A DNA stretch of 64,000 nt, from positions 1,689-65,688 of the forward strand of contig CATKAP010000212.1 in NCBI GenBank assembly GCA_949746255.1. Reading direction: 5' to 3'. The DNA is from an uncultured bacterium. GTDB lineage: Bacteria; Bacillota; Clostridia; Christensenellales; Borkfalkiaceae. The notes under the pieces are model-generated. The model ran no database searches, was not told the DNA's origin, and worked only from the letters and a program-made list of their open reading frames with translations. A program made the translations under genes and the position numbers. Below, in pieces: positions 26,550 through 36,600 of this stretch. How positions within the stretch are numbered: position 1 is the first letter of the stretch; each line of letters opens with the position of its first letter.

Positions 26550-28037
26550 TTAAAAATCGATTATTTCATAATATGCTTTTTTAGGTTTTTTATCGGTGCC
26601 GAATATGAGCGGATACGTAGTTCCCCAAGCGCCGTTACTGCCGTCCTGAACGCCCCAAAACGTTACGCCTGTAATTCCGTGCGCAACGCCGTTCTTTTTG
26701 GCGTATTTTCTGCACACTTCGAATATTTTTTTGTACATTTCCGCCTGATCGGCTTCTCTCTGCGCGGTAAGTTCGCCGTCGAAACGAATATCAAGCTCTG
26801 TAATTTGCACGTCTAGCCCCGCGTCTATAAACGCCTTTACGGAATTTTCAAAGTTTCTTATCCATTCCGTTTTGTTGGCGGTATATTCGTCAAGCTTGTA
26901 ATGAGCCTGCATGCCTATTCCGTCTATGGGGGCGTCGTAGTCTCTCAACATTTTTATAAGGTTGAGACACGCCTGCCTTTTATTCGGATTATTCAAACTG
27001 TAATCGTTATAATACAGTTCTGTTTTAAGGTTGTTTGCCTTGCGGACTTCACCCGCTTTTATAAACGCCTTTGCGATATAATCGTAACTTCCGCAAACTT
27101 TGTACCAATCCACCCAATCGGAAGAAGAAGCGCTCATATTATCGTTCGTTCGCCAGATATTTCCGTAAGGGTACTGTGCGGACGTAATCAATCCCTTGTC
27201 GTTTACGGAATTATACAAAGCTTCGTTAACCACGTCCCAAACGTACACGTCGTCGCCGAAATGCTTCATTACGTCCTCTACGTGTTTTTCGATATAATTA
27301 ATAGCGCTGTTTCTCAACTCTGTCGTGTTGGGTTTTCCGTCGAACTCGTCGTGTAGCCATACGGGCAAAGATTTGTACCAAAGCAAACAGTGACCGCGGA
27401 CTCCCGCGCCGTTTTCTTTGCCCCATTTTATAAGCTTATCGGAACTGTCGCCCGTTTGGTCGAAAGTATATACACCCTTGCTCTTTTCGATATTTTTCCA
27501 TTTCATATTGTTTTCGGGCGTAATACTGTTGTAATGCTGCATTAAGTCGCCGTATTTTCCGTTAGTCAAGCCGTTAGTCTGAACCGCCGCGCCTATAACA
27601 AAGTAATCTTCGTAATATTCCTTCAAGAAATTCTTTTCAACGGGAGGTTCAGGCGGATCCGGCGGATCCGGCGGATCGGGAGGATCCGGAGGGTCGGGCG
27701 GATCGGGAGGATCCGGAATATTTTCGTTAACCGTAATTTCACAAAAAGTTCTTACCTTACCGCTACGCGCAGTCACCGTGGCTTCGCCGGCCGAAACCGC
27801 CGTAATAAGTCCTTTTTCCACCGTTACAACCGAAGTATCGTCCGAACTCCATTTAACTTCCGCGCCTTCCTTATCCGTGGTTGCGGTAAGTTGGAAAGTT
27901 TCCCCCTCAAAGAGGGAAACTTCCGTTTCATTAAGTTTTATACGCGTTGCGCCGACGTTTGAAAAACAGCCCGCCGCCATTCCGCAAACCATTAAAACAG
28001 GCAGCGCAAACGCGATTAATTTATTCATTTTCTTCAT
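26550..28037 (-). CDS. GH10 endo-1,4-beta-xylanase lipoprotein with an N-terminal Big_2 domain
   Basis: The signal carries a lipobox-like MAAGC. A Big_2-like domain (ETFQLTATTDKEGAEVKWSSDDTSVVTV) is followed by a (PDP)n linker. The GH10 motifs are WDVVNEA (acid/base Glu) and VQITELDI (nucleophile Glu). The start overlaps the upstream GH3 stop by 17 nt, or by 8 nt if Met4 is used. Confidence 0.93.
   Translation of the reverse strand: MKKMNKLIAFALPVLMVCGMAAGCFSNVGATRIKLNETEVSLFEGETFQLTATTDKEGAEVKWSSDDTSVVTVEKGLITAVSAGEATVTARSGKVRTFCEITVNENIPDPPDPPDPPDPPDPPDPPDPPEPPVEKNFLKEYYEDYFVIGAAVQTNGLTNGKYGDLMQHYNSITPENNMKWKNIEKSKGVYTFDQTGDSSDKLIKWGKENGAGVRGHCLLWYKSLPVWLHDEFDGKPNTTELRNSAINYIEKHVEDVMKHFGDDVYVWDVVNEALYNSVNDKGLITSAQYPYGNIWRTNDNMSASSSDWVDWYKVCGSYDYIAKAFIKAGEVRKANNLKTELYYNDYSLNNPNKRQACLNLIKMLRDYDAPIDGIGMQAHYKLDEYTANKTEWIRNFENSVKAFIDAGLDVQITELDIRFDGELTAQREADQAEMYKKIFEVCRKYAKKNGVAHGITGVTFWGVQDGSNGAWGTTYPLIFGTDKKPKKAYYEIIDF
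27643..27717 (-). repeat. About eight tandem 9-bp units (GGNGGRTCS) encoding the PDP linker of the xylanase
   Basis: Units are read directly from 27652: ggcggatcc, ggcggatcc, ggcggatcg, ggaggatcc, ggagggtcg, ggcggatcg, ggaggatcc. They translate to PDPPDPPDPPDPPDPPDPPDPPEPP. Confidence 0.9.
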
Positions 28038-31000
28038 TTACATTACCGTCGGAAACTTCCTCTACGGGAGCAGCCGATTTCTTTTTATTTTTATAATGAA
28101 TTACCAACGAAGCGGTAAGCATGCCCGCGCATGCAACGAATATTACGCCGAACACGCCGTCCAACGAATACAGAGCCGTTTTCCACCAAGGGGTTACGGA
28201 AACCACGCGCGAGGTTATGGACATTCCGTTCATAACGTTGGTGCGCACCACGTTGTAAATAACCACTTTAACGGATTCTCTTACCGCCTGCGCCACCGCG
28301 GCGTTATCTTTATACTTCTGTATAAACGTTTTAACTTTATTCGGTCCAACATCCGCATAACTGCCCGAATTGGTATCAAAGGTATTTGTGCCGGCCATAA
28401 CGCCGTCGACAAAGGACATCGCGCTGAAATCATGCATCCAGTCGGAAATAACTATTCCGTCGTAACCCCACTCTTCGCGGAGAATATCGGTCATAACGGC
28501 CTTGCATGCTCCGTTCCATTCGGTTCCGACGCGCGTATACGCGTTCATGGTTGCGCTCGCTTTTCCTACCGTAAACACAATTTCAAACGCGCGCAAATAA
28601 ATTTCGCGGTTAGCTTGCTCGGTAGACCATATACCGCAGTTTGCGCGGTTGGTTTCCATATCGTTCAAAGCAAAATGCTTTGCGTAAGCCATACAGCCTT
28701 TGGATTCTATACCGATGGTTTCATAAGCTTCAATATACCCCGCAAGGAAAGGATCCTCGGAAGGGTACTCGAAAGCTCTTCCGCCGAAGGGAGAACGGTG
28801 CATGTTTACGCCCGGTCCGTATATTCCGTTGTAGCCCAAATAGAGCATATCCTCGCTCTTGTGTTCGCCCACTCTCTGCGCTATATCGTTATCGAAAGAA
28901 GCCGCAAGTATACCGGCGCAAGGATATGCAAGCCACGTCCATCCTGTTCCGTTTTCACCTTTTATGGTTTCGTCGTTCGGCAAAGAGAATATGGCTTCTT
29001 CTCTCTTGGTTATGCCTACAGGGCCGTTTTCCTGCTTGGATTCGGGAAGATAAACCGATTTGGCGCCGCGTATTCTGTGGAAAGAATCCATTACCATATC
29101 GCACTGCTGTTCAAAAGTCATTTGGTCGAGTAGTTGATTCCACATCTTATTCCAATGGTCAACGTAACCCAAACCGTCGTCGTAAACGAGCTTCAAAAGC
29201 TCCTCGTCTGTAACCTTATCGGGATATAACGGAGCATCCATAAACTGGAACGCTACCACGTCGCCCTTCATAACGTCGGGTTCGCCCGTCGTAGAACCGC
29301 TTTCGAATATATTGTAATCGGGCAATTCGTAGCCGTCCTGTGCGGGATTTCTGTCGTAAAGTAAATCCTGCGCCATTTTATCGTTCATTGTAAGAACGGC
29401 ATGACTCTTGGGATACGTTTTATCCCAATCGCTTCTCGAAAGATAAACTACGGAATTATTTCCGCGGTTGGCATATCTGTTTATATCGCCGGAATCGAGC
29501 AAATTTGTAACCTCGTAGCCCGTTTGCGAAGAATAGGAATAAGTTTTATAATCCTTATCAAGCGCAAATTTAGCGACAAAGTCCTTACCTAAATTAACTT
29601 TTCTGGTATTAGCCGTTCCACCCAAAACCGCCTCTTCTACGGGCGTTTCATTGAGAAAATCGAGCACATTGTTCGTTGCCACATGGGAATCGGTAGCAAC
29701 AGTAAGGTAATAATCGCCCCTTTCTATAATATAGGTCTGCTCGCCCTCCGCGTCGTACGTTTTAAAATCTTCTGCGGAAACGGTAACTTTTATCGGTTGA
29801 CTTTCTCCGGGTTTTAATAACTTGGTCTTGCCGTAACCGACAAGTTCCACAGCGGATTTTTCCACACCCATTTCTATATCGTAATCGGTATAGGGTTTGG
29901 AAAGATAAACCTGCACAACCTCTTTACCCGCGACGTCGCCGCTGTTGGTAACGGTTACTGAAACTTCGTAATTACCGTCCTTTTGAACGGCTTTAAATCC
30001 CCCATAGGTAAATTCGGTATAGGATGCGCCGTATCCGAAGGGGAAAGCTACTTCTTCGTTATAACTCCAGCCGCTTGCCGAGTGTTTGGCGCCCGCGGAG
30101 GTTTTTGCGTTGCCTTGATTGGTAACGCCGTCAAAATAACGGGTTTCGTAATAACGATATCCAACGTATATATTTTCCTGATATACCATATATCTGTTAT
30201 GGTATTCGGGTTTTTGACCGAAAGAAGAATTATATTTTTCGGAATCGCCGTAAATATAGTTTCCGTCGTTTACAGTAGCGGGCGCGGAATTGTTATCGTA
30301 GGCCCAGGTATCGGAAAGCCTGCCCGAGGGCGAAAGCTCGTTACCGTTCATATCTTTGCCTTTTAAAAGGTCTGCAACGGCGTTCATACCGGTAGAACCC
30401 GGCTGACCTATCCACATGCACGCGTCAATATCTGTATAATACTGCTCGAAGTCCTGCATTTGCATGGGATTGCCCGTATTGAGAAGAAGTATTACTTTTT
30501 TAAAAGTTTTATTACGTTTAAGCGCTGTAACTTCCTGTAAAAGGGCCTCTTCTTCATTGCTCAATCCGAGATAACCTCCGTCCGCCGAAGTGTTTTCCCT
30601 CATTCCTTTATCGTTGGCGCCAACGTAATCGTTAAAACTCGTATAGTTGTAATGAAGATCGGAATACTCGCCGCCGGAACGCGCAAGCATAACTATAGCC
30701 GCGTCGCCGAACGTAGCGTAAGAATTTTTAACTTCGCTAGTATATTCCGACTGCGGAACTTCGTTCACCGTCCACTGTTGCCACGCGGTACAGTCTGACT
30801 TTTTCCAATTTATCATTTTATACTTGCCATCGGCATAAAGAGAACTGTAAAAATTCCACAGTTTATCGTTTACTTTAAAACCTCGGCTTTCGAAAGACTG
30901 CTTCATGGTAATGTTGGCTTGTTCTTTTTTCTTATAGTCGTAAGTATTTACATAACCGGAACCCGTACCGCACTCAACAATGTCGACTGTGGCGTGTCCT

Positions 31001-31335
31001 AAAAGACTTATCTTTTCCGTTCCCGCCATAGGCAGAGCCTGCGAATTGTTCCATAAAAGAACTGCGCCCGCCGCTTCCGCCTCCTCTATCATAGCGGAAT
31101 CTTCTTTATATAAAGTTTCTCCTTTTACGGTAAAATCGTAATCGGTAGAATAAAACGTTTCCGCCTCGGCGTTAGGGTCGTTAATAGTTTTGGAATCGCT
31201 TGTTCCGAACATCATATTGATTGCCGAAGAAGCAAAGCTTGTGGCAACGTACGTAAGTATGATAACCGCGGTAAACACCACGCCGAACAATCCCGTAAGA
31301 ATGCTCCAAAGCATTTTTGAAAAAAGCTTTTTCAT
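28021..31335 (-). CDS. GH3 beta-glycosidase with reversed domain order, N- and C-terminal TM helices
   Basis: The ORF track starts at TTG 31353, but ATG 31335 has GGGAG 9 nt upstream. Sandwich-domain and Fn3-like motifs come first: VLLWNNSQALPM, SGGEYSDL, PSGRLSDTW, FPFGYGASYTEF and GKEVVQVYLSKPY. Barrel motifs come last: KHFALND and GYDGIVISDW (nucleophile Asp). The TM helices are LWSILTGLFGVVFTAVIILTYV and GVFGVIFVACAGMLTASLVI. Confidence 0.92.
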   Translation of the reverse strand: MKKLFSKMLWSILTGLFGVVFTAVIILTYVATSFASSAINMMFGTSDSKTINDPNAEAETFYSTDYDFTVKGETLYKEDSAMIEEAEAAGAVLLWNNSQALPMAGTEKISLLGHATVDIVECGTGSGYVNTYDYKKKEQANITMKQSFESRGFKVNDKLWNFYSSLYADGKYKMINWKKSDCTAWQQWTVNEVPQSEYTSEVKNSYATFGDAAIVMLARSGGEYSDLHYNYTSFNDYVGANDKGMRENTSADGGYLGLSNEEEALLQEVTALKRNKTFKKVILLLNTGNPMQMQDFEQYYTDIDACMWIGQPGSTGMNAVADLLKGKDMNGNELSPSGRLSDTWAYDNNSAPATVNDGNYIYGDSEKYNSSFGQKPEYHNRYMVYQENIYVGYRYYETRYFDGVTNQGNAKTSAGAKHSASGWSYNEEVAFPFGYGASYTEFTYGGFKAVQKDGNYEVSVTVTNSGDVAGKEVVQVYLSKPYTDYDIEMGVEKSAVELVGYGKTKLLKPGESQPIKVTVSAEDFKTYDAEGEQTYIIERGDYYLTVATDSHVATNNVLDFLNETPVEEAVLGGTANTRKVNLGKDFVAKFALDKDYKTYSYSSQTGYEVTNLLDSGDINRYANRGNNSVVYLSRSDWDKTYPKSHAVLTMNDKMAQDLLYDRNPAQDGYELPDYNIFESGSTTGEPDVMKGDVVAFQFMDAPLYPDKVTDEELLKLVYDDGLGYVDHWNKMWNQLLDQMTFEQQCDMVMDSFHRIRGAKSVYLPESKQENGPVGITKREEAIFSLPNDETIKGENGTGWTWLAYPCAGILAASFDNDIAQRVGEHKSEDMLYLGYNGIYGPGVNMHRSPFGGRAFEYPSEDPFLAGYIEAYETIGIESKGCMAYAKHFALNDMETNRANCGIWSTEQANREIYLRAFEIVFTVGKASATMNAYTRVGTEWNGACKAVMTDILREEWGYDGIVISDWMHDFSAMSFVDGVMAGTNTFDTNSGSYADVGPNKVKTFIQKYKDNAAVAQAVRESVKVVIYNVVRTNVMNGMSITSRVVSVTPWWKTALYSLDGVFGVIFVACAGMLTASLVIHYKNKKKSAAPVEEVSDGNVNEENE

Positions 31336-31376
31336 TAATAATATCTCCCGCAACCGCTTTACGCGGTTGTTAATAT

Positions 31377-31405
31377 TGCCGCCCCGTTCGTCGAACGGGG
31401 CGGCA
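31377..31405. other. GC-rich stem-loop in the lipoprotein/GH3 intergenic spacer
   Basis: TGCCGCCCCGTTCG and CGAACGGGGCGGCA form a stem of about 13 bp. The T-run follows only on the plus (antisense) strand. This may be an mRNA-processing or stability element, or an antisense terminator. Confidence 0.5.
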
Positions 31406-31422
31406 TACTTTTTAATCTTTAA

Positions 31423-33504
31423 TTATGCAACCGTCGTTATAACGATATTTGATACGGTTATATTGAGTGGCATATTTTCGGTAAAAGCATTGCCTATACG
31501 AATTTGTATAAAATCGTCGTCAACAGCAGTATAATTTCCCGTTATAGACACCGAGCCGTTTGCTTCCGTGACATTACCCTTCTGATAACCAGAATTGGCG
31601 ACCGTAAGGAAACAAGCCACGTCTACGGGCTGACTTGCCGTAAGTGTAAAGGATATTTTATAATTAGTTCCGGACGGCATATCGGGCCTGAATCTCAAAG
31701 TTATAAATTTCTTATTTGTGTCGCCCGTGGGTTCCACGCTAGAAAAATTAATCGATATGGTTCCGTCGCTGAAAGAAGGCGTACCTTCGACAACGCTTGC
31801 GCCGTCTCTGTTATAACCCCACTTTCCGGGATTAGCCAACACATCGGCTTTACCCCATAAAGCCAAATCATAGCTTTCTCCGGTTACGGGCGGGTTTTCG
31901 CTCTTAACTTCCTTGTAAATTTTAATGTTGGAAACAGTTACGGTTACGTTGGAAGCGTCTGCCTTAGGTTTGGGTATAATGGTAATTATTTCGTTTGCGG
32001 CAAGAGTCATTTCAACAACAAAACTCTGTTCCTGACCCGCTACGAGCGATTTGCTGTTCCAGTCGTGAATTTTGAAATCCGTTGCGGTAGCGCAAACTAC
32101 GGCGTTCATATCGGCTGTAGAAAGGATATTGAATTCCAATTTAATTTTGGTTTTATCCGCAACGTTAGGTCTGTAACGGAACTGGTTGTCGCCGGTAGTC
32201 ACAATTGTGTCGAATTGAAGCGTAGCGGTACCGTTATTGTATTTTGCTTCCAAAATCATAGAGCCGGAACCTTGATTATAGTGCCACTTGGAGGGAGCTT
32301 CTATAACCTCTGCGGCGCTCTTCATAACCATTTCATATTCCGAAGCATCCTGTTCGATTTCTTCGTAATTGATTACGGGTTTTTCTTCAACTTTGGTCTG
32401 GTAATCGGGAAGATTGGTTCCGTCGTGAGGAGTTAAGCTTTTAAGCTTAGCCGAAATAGAAACTTTATCAGCCGCAACAGGCGTGTTGATACGAATTGAG
32501 AAAGGCTCCGCTTCGTTTCTGCAACCGATATATTCGAATTCGGTTGTTTCGCCGGCTTTTACGTTAACTTCTGTAAAGGCCATAAGAGTAGTATCTTTAC
32601 GGCGGGAACCGAGTCTTAATGTGCAATTCTCGCTTACCGTAAGTTCAAGCGTCATGGTATAGTAATCTCCTATCGCTATTTCAGCAGGTTCGTCCGTAGA
32701 TTCGGAATCGATAACAAATTTAGGCTGATAACGGAAATAGAAGTACTGCAAATTGTTTACATCGGGAATAGGACTGAGCGTTACGCTAGCCGTGCCGTCT
32801 CTGTGCAAAGGTTCTTTTTCAAAACCGAAGCTTCCGCCCATGGAACCGTCGGCATGCCAGTGCCAGGTACCAGCGTCGTCGATACATTCCAGGTTAGACA
32901 TTTTTGTCATTTTGTAGTAATCTGCGGGACGGTTGGGTTCTATAACGCTCACTTCGCAAGTAGCGGTAGCCGTGCCGCGTTGCGCGGTTATGGTAGCGGT
33001 ACCTACGTCAAGACCGGTTACAACTCCCTTATTTACCGTAGCAACTGCGGGATTGCTTGAATTCCATGTAACTTCTCCGCCGTCGGAAGCCGTTGCCGTA
33101 AGCGTAAAAGTATTGTTTTCTTCAAGATTTATAGTGGCGGTAGTAGCGGATATGGTAACCGTTCTTTCTTTTACCGTTACGTTGCAGGTAGCGGTAACGT
33201 CGGTATCCTCTATCTTTGCCGTGATAACCGCAGAACCTTTACCTTTTGCGGAAACGGTGCCGCGCCTTACGGTAGCTACGTCCGCGTTGTCCGTAGTCCA
33301 CTCTATTTCAGCGTTGTCCTTGCCGGTTATCGTAGGCGTAAGTTTTAACGTATCGCCCTCGAACAGCGTAGCTTCAGTTTTATCTAGGCTGACGGAAACC
33401 GTTCCGCCGCACGCCGTGAGCACGGTGCTCATCATGCAAAGTACGGTAAACACCACCGCAACCAGGACAAACGAAAATTTTGTCGTTTTTCCTTTCTTAG
33501 TCAT
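31423..33504 (-). CDS. Lipoprotein with two Big_2 domains and three homologous CBM-like beta-sandwich modules
   Basis: ATG 33504 has AAGGAGG 7 nt upstream, and the lipobox is LTAC. There are two Big_2-like repeats (LKLTPTITGKDNAEIEWTTDNADVATV and FTLTATASDGGEVTWNSSNPAVATV). Three ~150-aa modules follow that share W.Y/W.W ... DGT(A/I)S(V/I) ... (F/Y)R(Y/F)(Q/R)P landmarks. A carbohydrate-binding role is inferred only from the operon context. Confidence 0.85.
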   Translation of the reverse strand: MTKKGKTTKFSFVLVAVVFTVLCMMSTVLTACGGTVSVSLDKTEATLFEGDTLKLTPTITGKDNAEIEWTTDNADVATVRRGTVSAKGKGSAVITAKIEDTDVTATCNVTVKERTVTISATTATINLEENNTFTLTATASDGGEVTWNSSNPAVATVNKGVVTGLDVGTATITAQRGTATATCEVSVIEPNRPADYYKMTKMSNLECIDDAGTWHWHADGSMGGSFGFEKEPLHRDGTASVTLSPIPDVNNLQYFYFRYQPKFVIDSESTDEPAEIAIGDYYTMTLELTVSENCTLRLGSRRKDTTLMAFTEVNVKAGETTEFEYIGCRNEAEPFSIRINTPVAADKVSISAKLKSLTPHDGTNLPDYQTKVEEKPVINYEEIEQDASEYEMVMKSAAEVIEAPSKWHYNQGSGSMILEAKYNNGTATLQFDTIVTTGDNQFRYRPNVADKTKIKLEFNILSTADMNAVVCATATDFKIHDWNSKSLVAGQEQSFVVEMTLAANEIITIIPKPKADASNVTVTVSNIKIYKEVKSENPPVTGESYDLALWGKADVLANPGKWGYNRDGASVVEGTPSFSDGTISINFSSVEPTGDTNKKFITLRFRPDMPSGTNYKISFTLTASQPVDVACFLTVANSGYQKGNVTEANGSVSITGNYTAVDDDFIQIRIGNAFTENMPLNITVSNIVITTVA

Positions 33505-33546
33505 TTTATGACCTCCTTAAAATATTTTTATAATTTTCGGGGCGTT

Positions 33547-33575
33547 TTTCCGCCCGCATTATAAGCGGGCGGAAA
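33547..33575. other. Stem-loop between GH3 and the lipoprotein gene, with the same ATTATAA loop as the 26509-26539 terminator
   Basis: TTTCCGCCCGC (33547-33557), loop ATTATAA, then GCGGGCGGAAA (33565-33575). No U-tract follows on the minus strand. Confidence 0.5.
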
Positions 33576-33601
33576 GTAAAACCCCTTTTTTTCAATATGA
33601 G

Positions 33602-36600
33602 TTACTCTTCGTATAAATATACCGTTTCGCCTTTGCCCTGCAATTTGTTATTACGCTTTATTTTCTTGACGAGGAAGAACGCCATAACGCCTATTCCGGC
33701 GGCAAGCGCCGCTTCGACCAAGACCACGTAAACAACCCATGTACGGTTGTAAGTGAACCCGCCTTTACTTAAAGATGTGTCGGCTTCGGGGTCGTAGGCC
33801 GCATATACCTGATTAGTATCGGTAAGAGTCCAAAGCACGTCGTGCGCAACGTTCTGCGCAAGTTTTACAAACGCGTTGTTATCGGCAAACTGTCCGTCGC
33901 TGAACATCTTCTGCGCGTCGGTATTGTTAAGCCATGTGCTGTTGCCAGCCCATATGCCCTTGTAAACGCACATATAAAGCGGTGTGGTCTCATTCCAGCT
34001 GCGAACGTCAACCCAGTCGGTGACGAGCGTACCGTTGAAGCCCCATTCATTTTTAAGAATATCGGTGCAAAGCGCTCTGCTTGCTCCTACCCATACCGCT
34101 CCGATTCTGTTCATACTTGTCATAAGAGCGTTGGAACCGCCGTCTTTTACAGCCATTTCAAAAGGTTTTAAATATATTTCGCGGAAAGTTTGTTCCGTCA
34201 TGAACGTATACAATCCTTCACGGAGAGATTCGCTGTCGTTTGCGACAAAGTGTTTGATATAGCAATACAAACCGGCGTTTTTTGCGCCTCTTACCGTTTC
34301 CGCGGTAAATTTACCGGAAAGATAAGCGTCTTCGGAGTAGTATTCCGCATTTCTTCCGCCGTAAGGATTACGGTGAATATTTGCACCGGGGCCGTACCAG
34401 CCGCGAATACCCAAATCGCTTCCCCTCGCCTCTTTACCTACGCTGAGTCCCAGCGCATACGCAAGGTCGGTGTTGAAAGTCTGCGCTATGAGCGTTCCGC
34501 TCGGATACGCTACAAACTGATTTGTAGTGTTGCTCGTAACGCGGGTGTTGAGACCGAGAGGTCCGTCCAAATCCACAAATACGGGTTTTTCTATACTGTC
34601 GAGTTTGGCCGTTTTGAAATATCCGTTTCTTATCAGTTCGAACAATTCGGAAACCGATAATTGAGTAACGATAGTATCAAATATAGGATCTTCGTAGTCC
34701 TCCGCGTCCATTAAATCGTCTACCGTGTAGGTTTTAACGTTGGAAGTAAGAGGTTTGGAAACGTTGGCGTAACCGGTAGCTTCCAACTGTTTTTCGGTGG
34801 GAGCCTGCGCTCTCGCTATTTGATCGGCTTCGGCGTTTATCGTACGGATTATTTTGTTTTTGGGGAAAGTTCCGCCGAAGTTAGCTCTCGACAAATAAGT
34901 TACCGGAGTTGTTTCCTTGCTTCCGTCGATAGGATAGCCGTCTATGGTGTCGTTGCCGGTAAAGCGGTTTTCAACGGGTTTGCCCGTTTTTTCGTCCTTA
35001 TCGTAATCGTAACCTTCGGAAGGAATTTCGTATTCCAGAACGCTCTTCGCGTTCGCCGCCATATCCGCTGGATCATGCGAGTTTTTCATTAAACGAAGGT
35101 AATAATTTCCGCCGTCGAGTTCGTAGCCCGTATGAGAGTTTTTATTTGCGTCGTAACAGTCGTAAGAAGCCATACTTTGAACGGTAATTTCCAATTTAAC
35201 CTGCTTGGTTTCGTTGGGTTCTATCACGTCCGTCTTTGCAAAGTCGCCCAAAACCACGGAAGATTTTTCTATTTCACCGCTTATATAAGGCGCGCTGTAA
35301 TAAAGTTGCACAACTTCTTTTCCCGCTCTGCTTCCCGTATTTTTTACGTTGACGTAAATTTCTATTTTATCGTTTTTGCCGAGCGTTGTTTTCGCGTTCA
35401 AGTTCTGCGGTCTGCCGTTTATGAGCGCCGCTTCCACTTCCCATTCGAACGAAGTATAGGAAAGTCCGTAACCGAAAGGATATTGTACGGTTGCGTCGTA
35501 ATCTATGAAACCGTCCTCGGCCGCCGTTTCGTAATAACGGTAACCGACATAAATGCCCTCGTGATAATCCACATAAGCGTCGTAATAGTTTTTGCTGTAA
35601 TTGTTGGAAGTAGAAAGTCCCGTATATTTAACCGCGCCGCCGTAACCCGAATTAACCGAGGAAGGAGCGGTTGAAATATCATAAGCATAGGTATCCGCAG
35701 TTCTGCCCGAAGGAGTAACGGCTCTGCCGTCCTCGTCTTTGCCTCTGAGAACGTCCACAACCGCGTTCACTCCCGTAAGCCCCGTAAGACCTACCAAAAG
35801 AGCGGCGTCTATTCCTTCGTCGTCAACGAATCCAAGCTCCATGGTGTTGCTTGTATTGAGAATAACTATAACTTTGTCGCAAGCCTTTTTAGCCGCGGCA
35901 ATCATCTGCTCTTCTTCCGTGGAAATTTCAAGGTATGAACGGGAACCGTCGGTAGTGGTGCTGTTGCTGCCGTTTATCTGAACCTGTTTTACCTGTTCGA
36001 ATCTGAGGTCCGCCGCTTCGCCGCCCGTTCTGCCTATAACGACCAACGCTACGTCAGAGAAAGCTTTCGCTTCGTTGATAACGGCGTCGGTGTAAAACGT
36101 TTCGCCCGGCTCGTGAAGAATAAACTTTTTGGTGGTGCCTACGTCCACGTCGCCCCTGTATTCGGTCCAATCCTTTTTACCCCAATCTCTGCTGCCTATG
36201 GTAGTAGCCGAATAAAAGTCTTTATACATATTGAAAAGAGTGGTATTGTACTCTATACCCGCCGCTTTAAGAGCGGGAAAAAGCTTGATTTTATCAAGCG
36301 AAGTGTTGGAAAAACCCGAACCGAAGGTACTTGTCATCCAGTCGTAAGCCGCCCAGCCGAATACGTTTACTTTTTCCGCCTCTTCCTCGGAAAGGGGAAG
36401 AGCGTTATCTTCGTTTTTTAAAAGTACGGTACCCTCTTCCGTTATCTCCTCGCAAAGAGCGGCGCCGTCAGCCAAAGTCTGCGGGTCGCCTTTAGAATCG
36501 CCGACCCCGTATAAAAACAAACTTATAGTATCGGCAAACATGCACGAAGCTACTATAAGCGCAGCCATAATTATTGCGATAAGCGCCATAAACGGCGTAT

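Noticed and set aside
27778-29133. A 451-aa plus-strand ORF, with many other long plus-strand ORFs (for example 6920-7975, 54029-55360, 51149-52003, 142-993).
   Set aside because: All of them lie antisense to minus-strand genes that have clear family motifs or multi-kb uninterrupted frames. Their translations are low-complexity (Arg/Val/Phe/Asn-rich), lack SD sequences, and repeat wherever the sense-strand repeats recur. They are stop-poor shadow frames, not genes.
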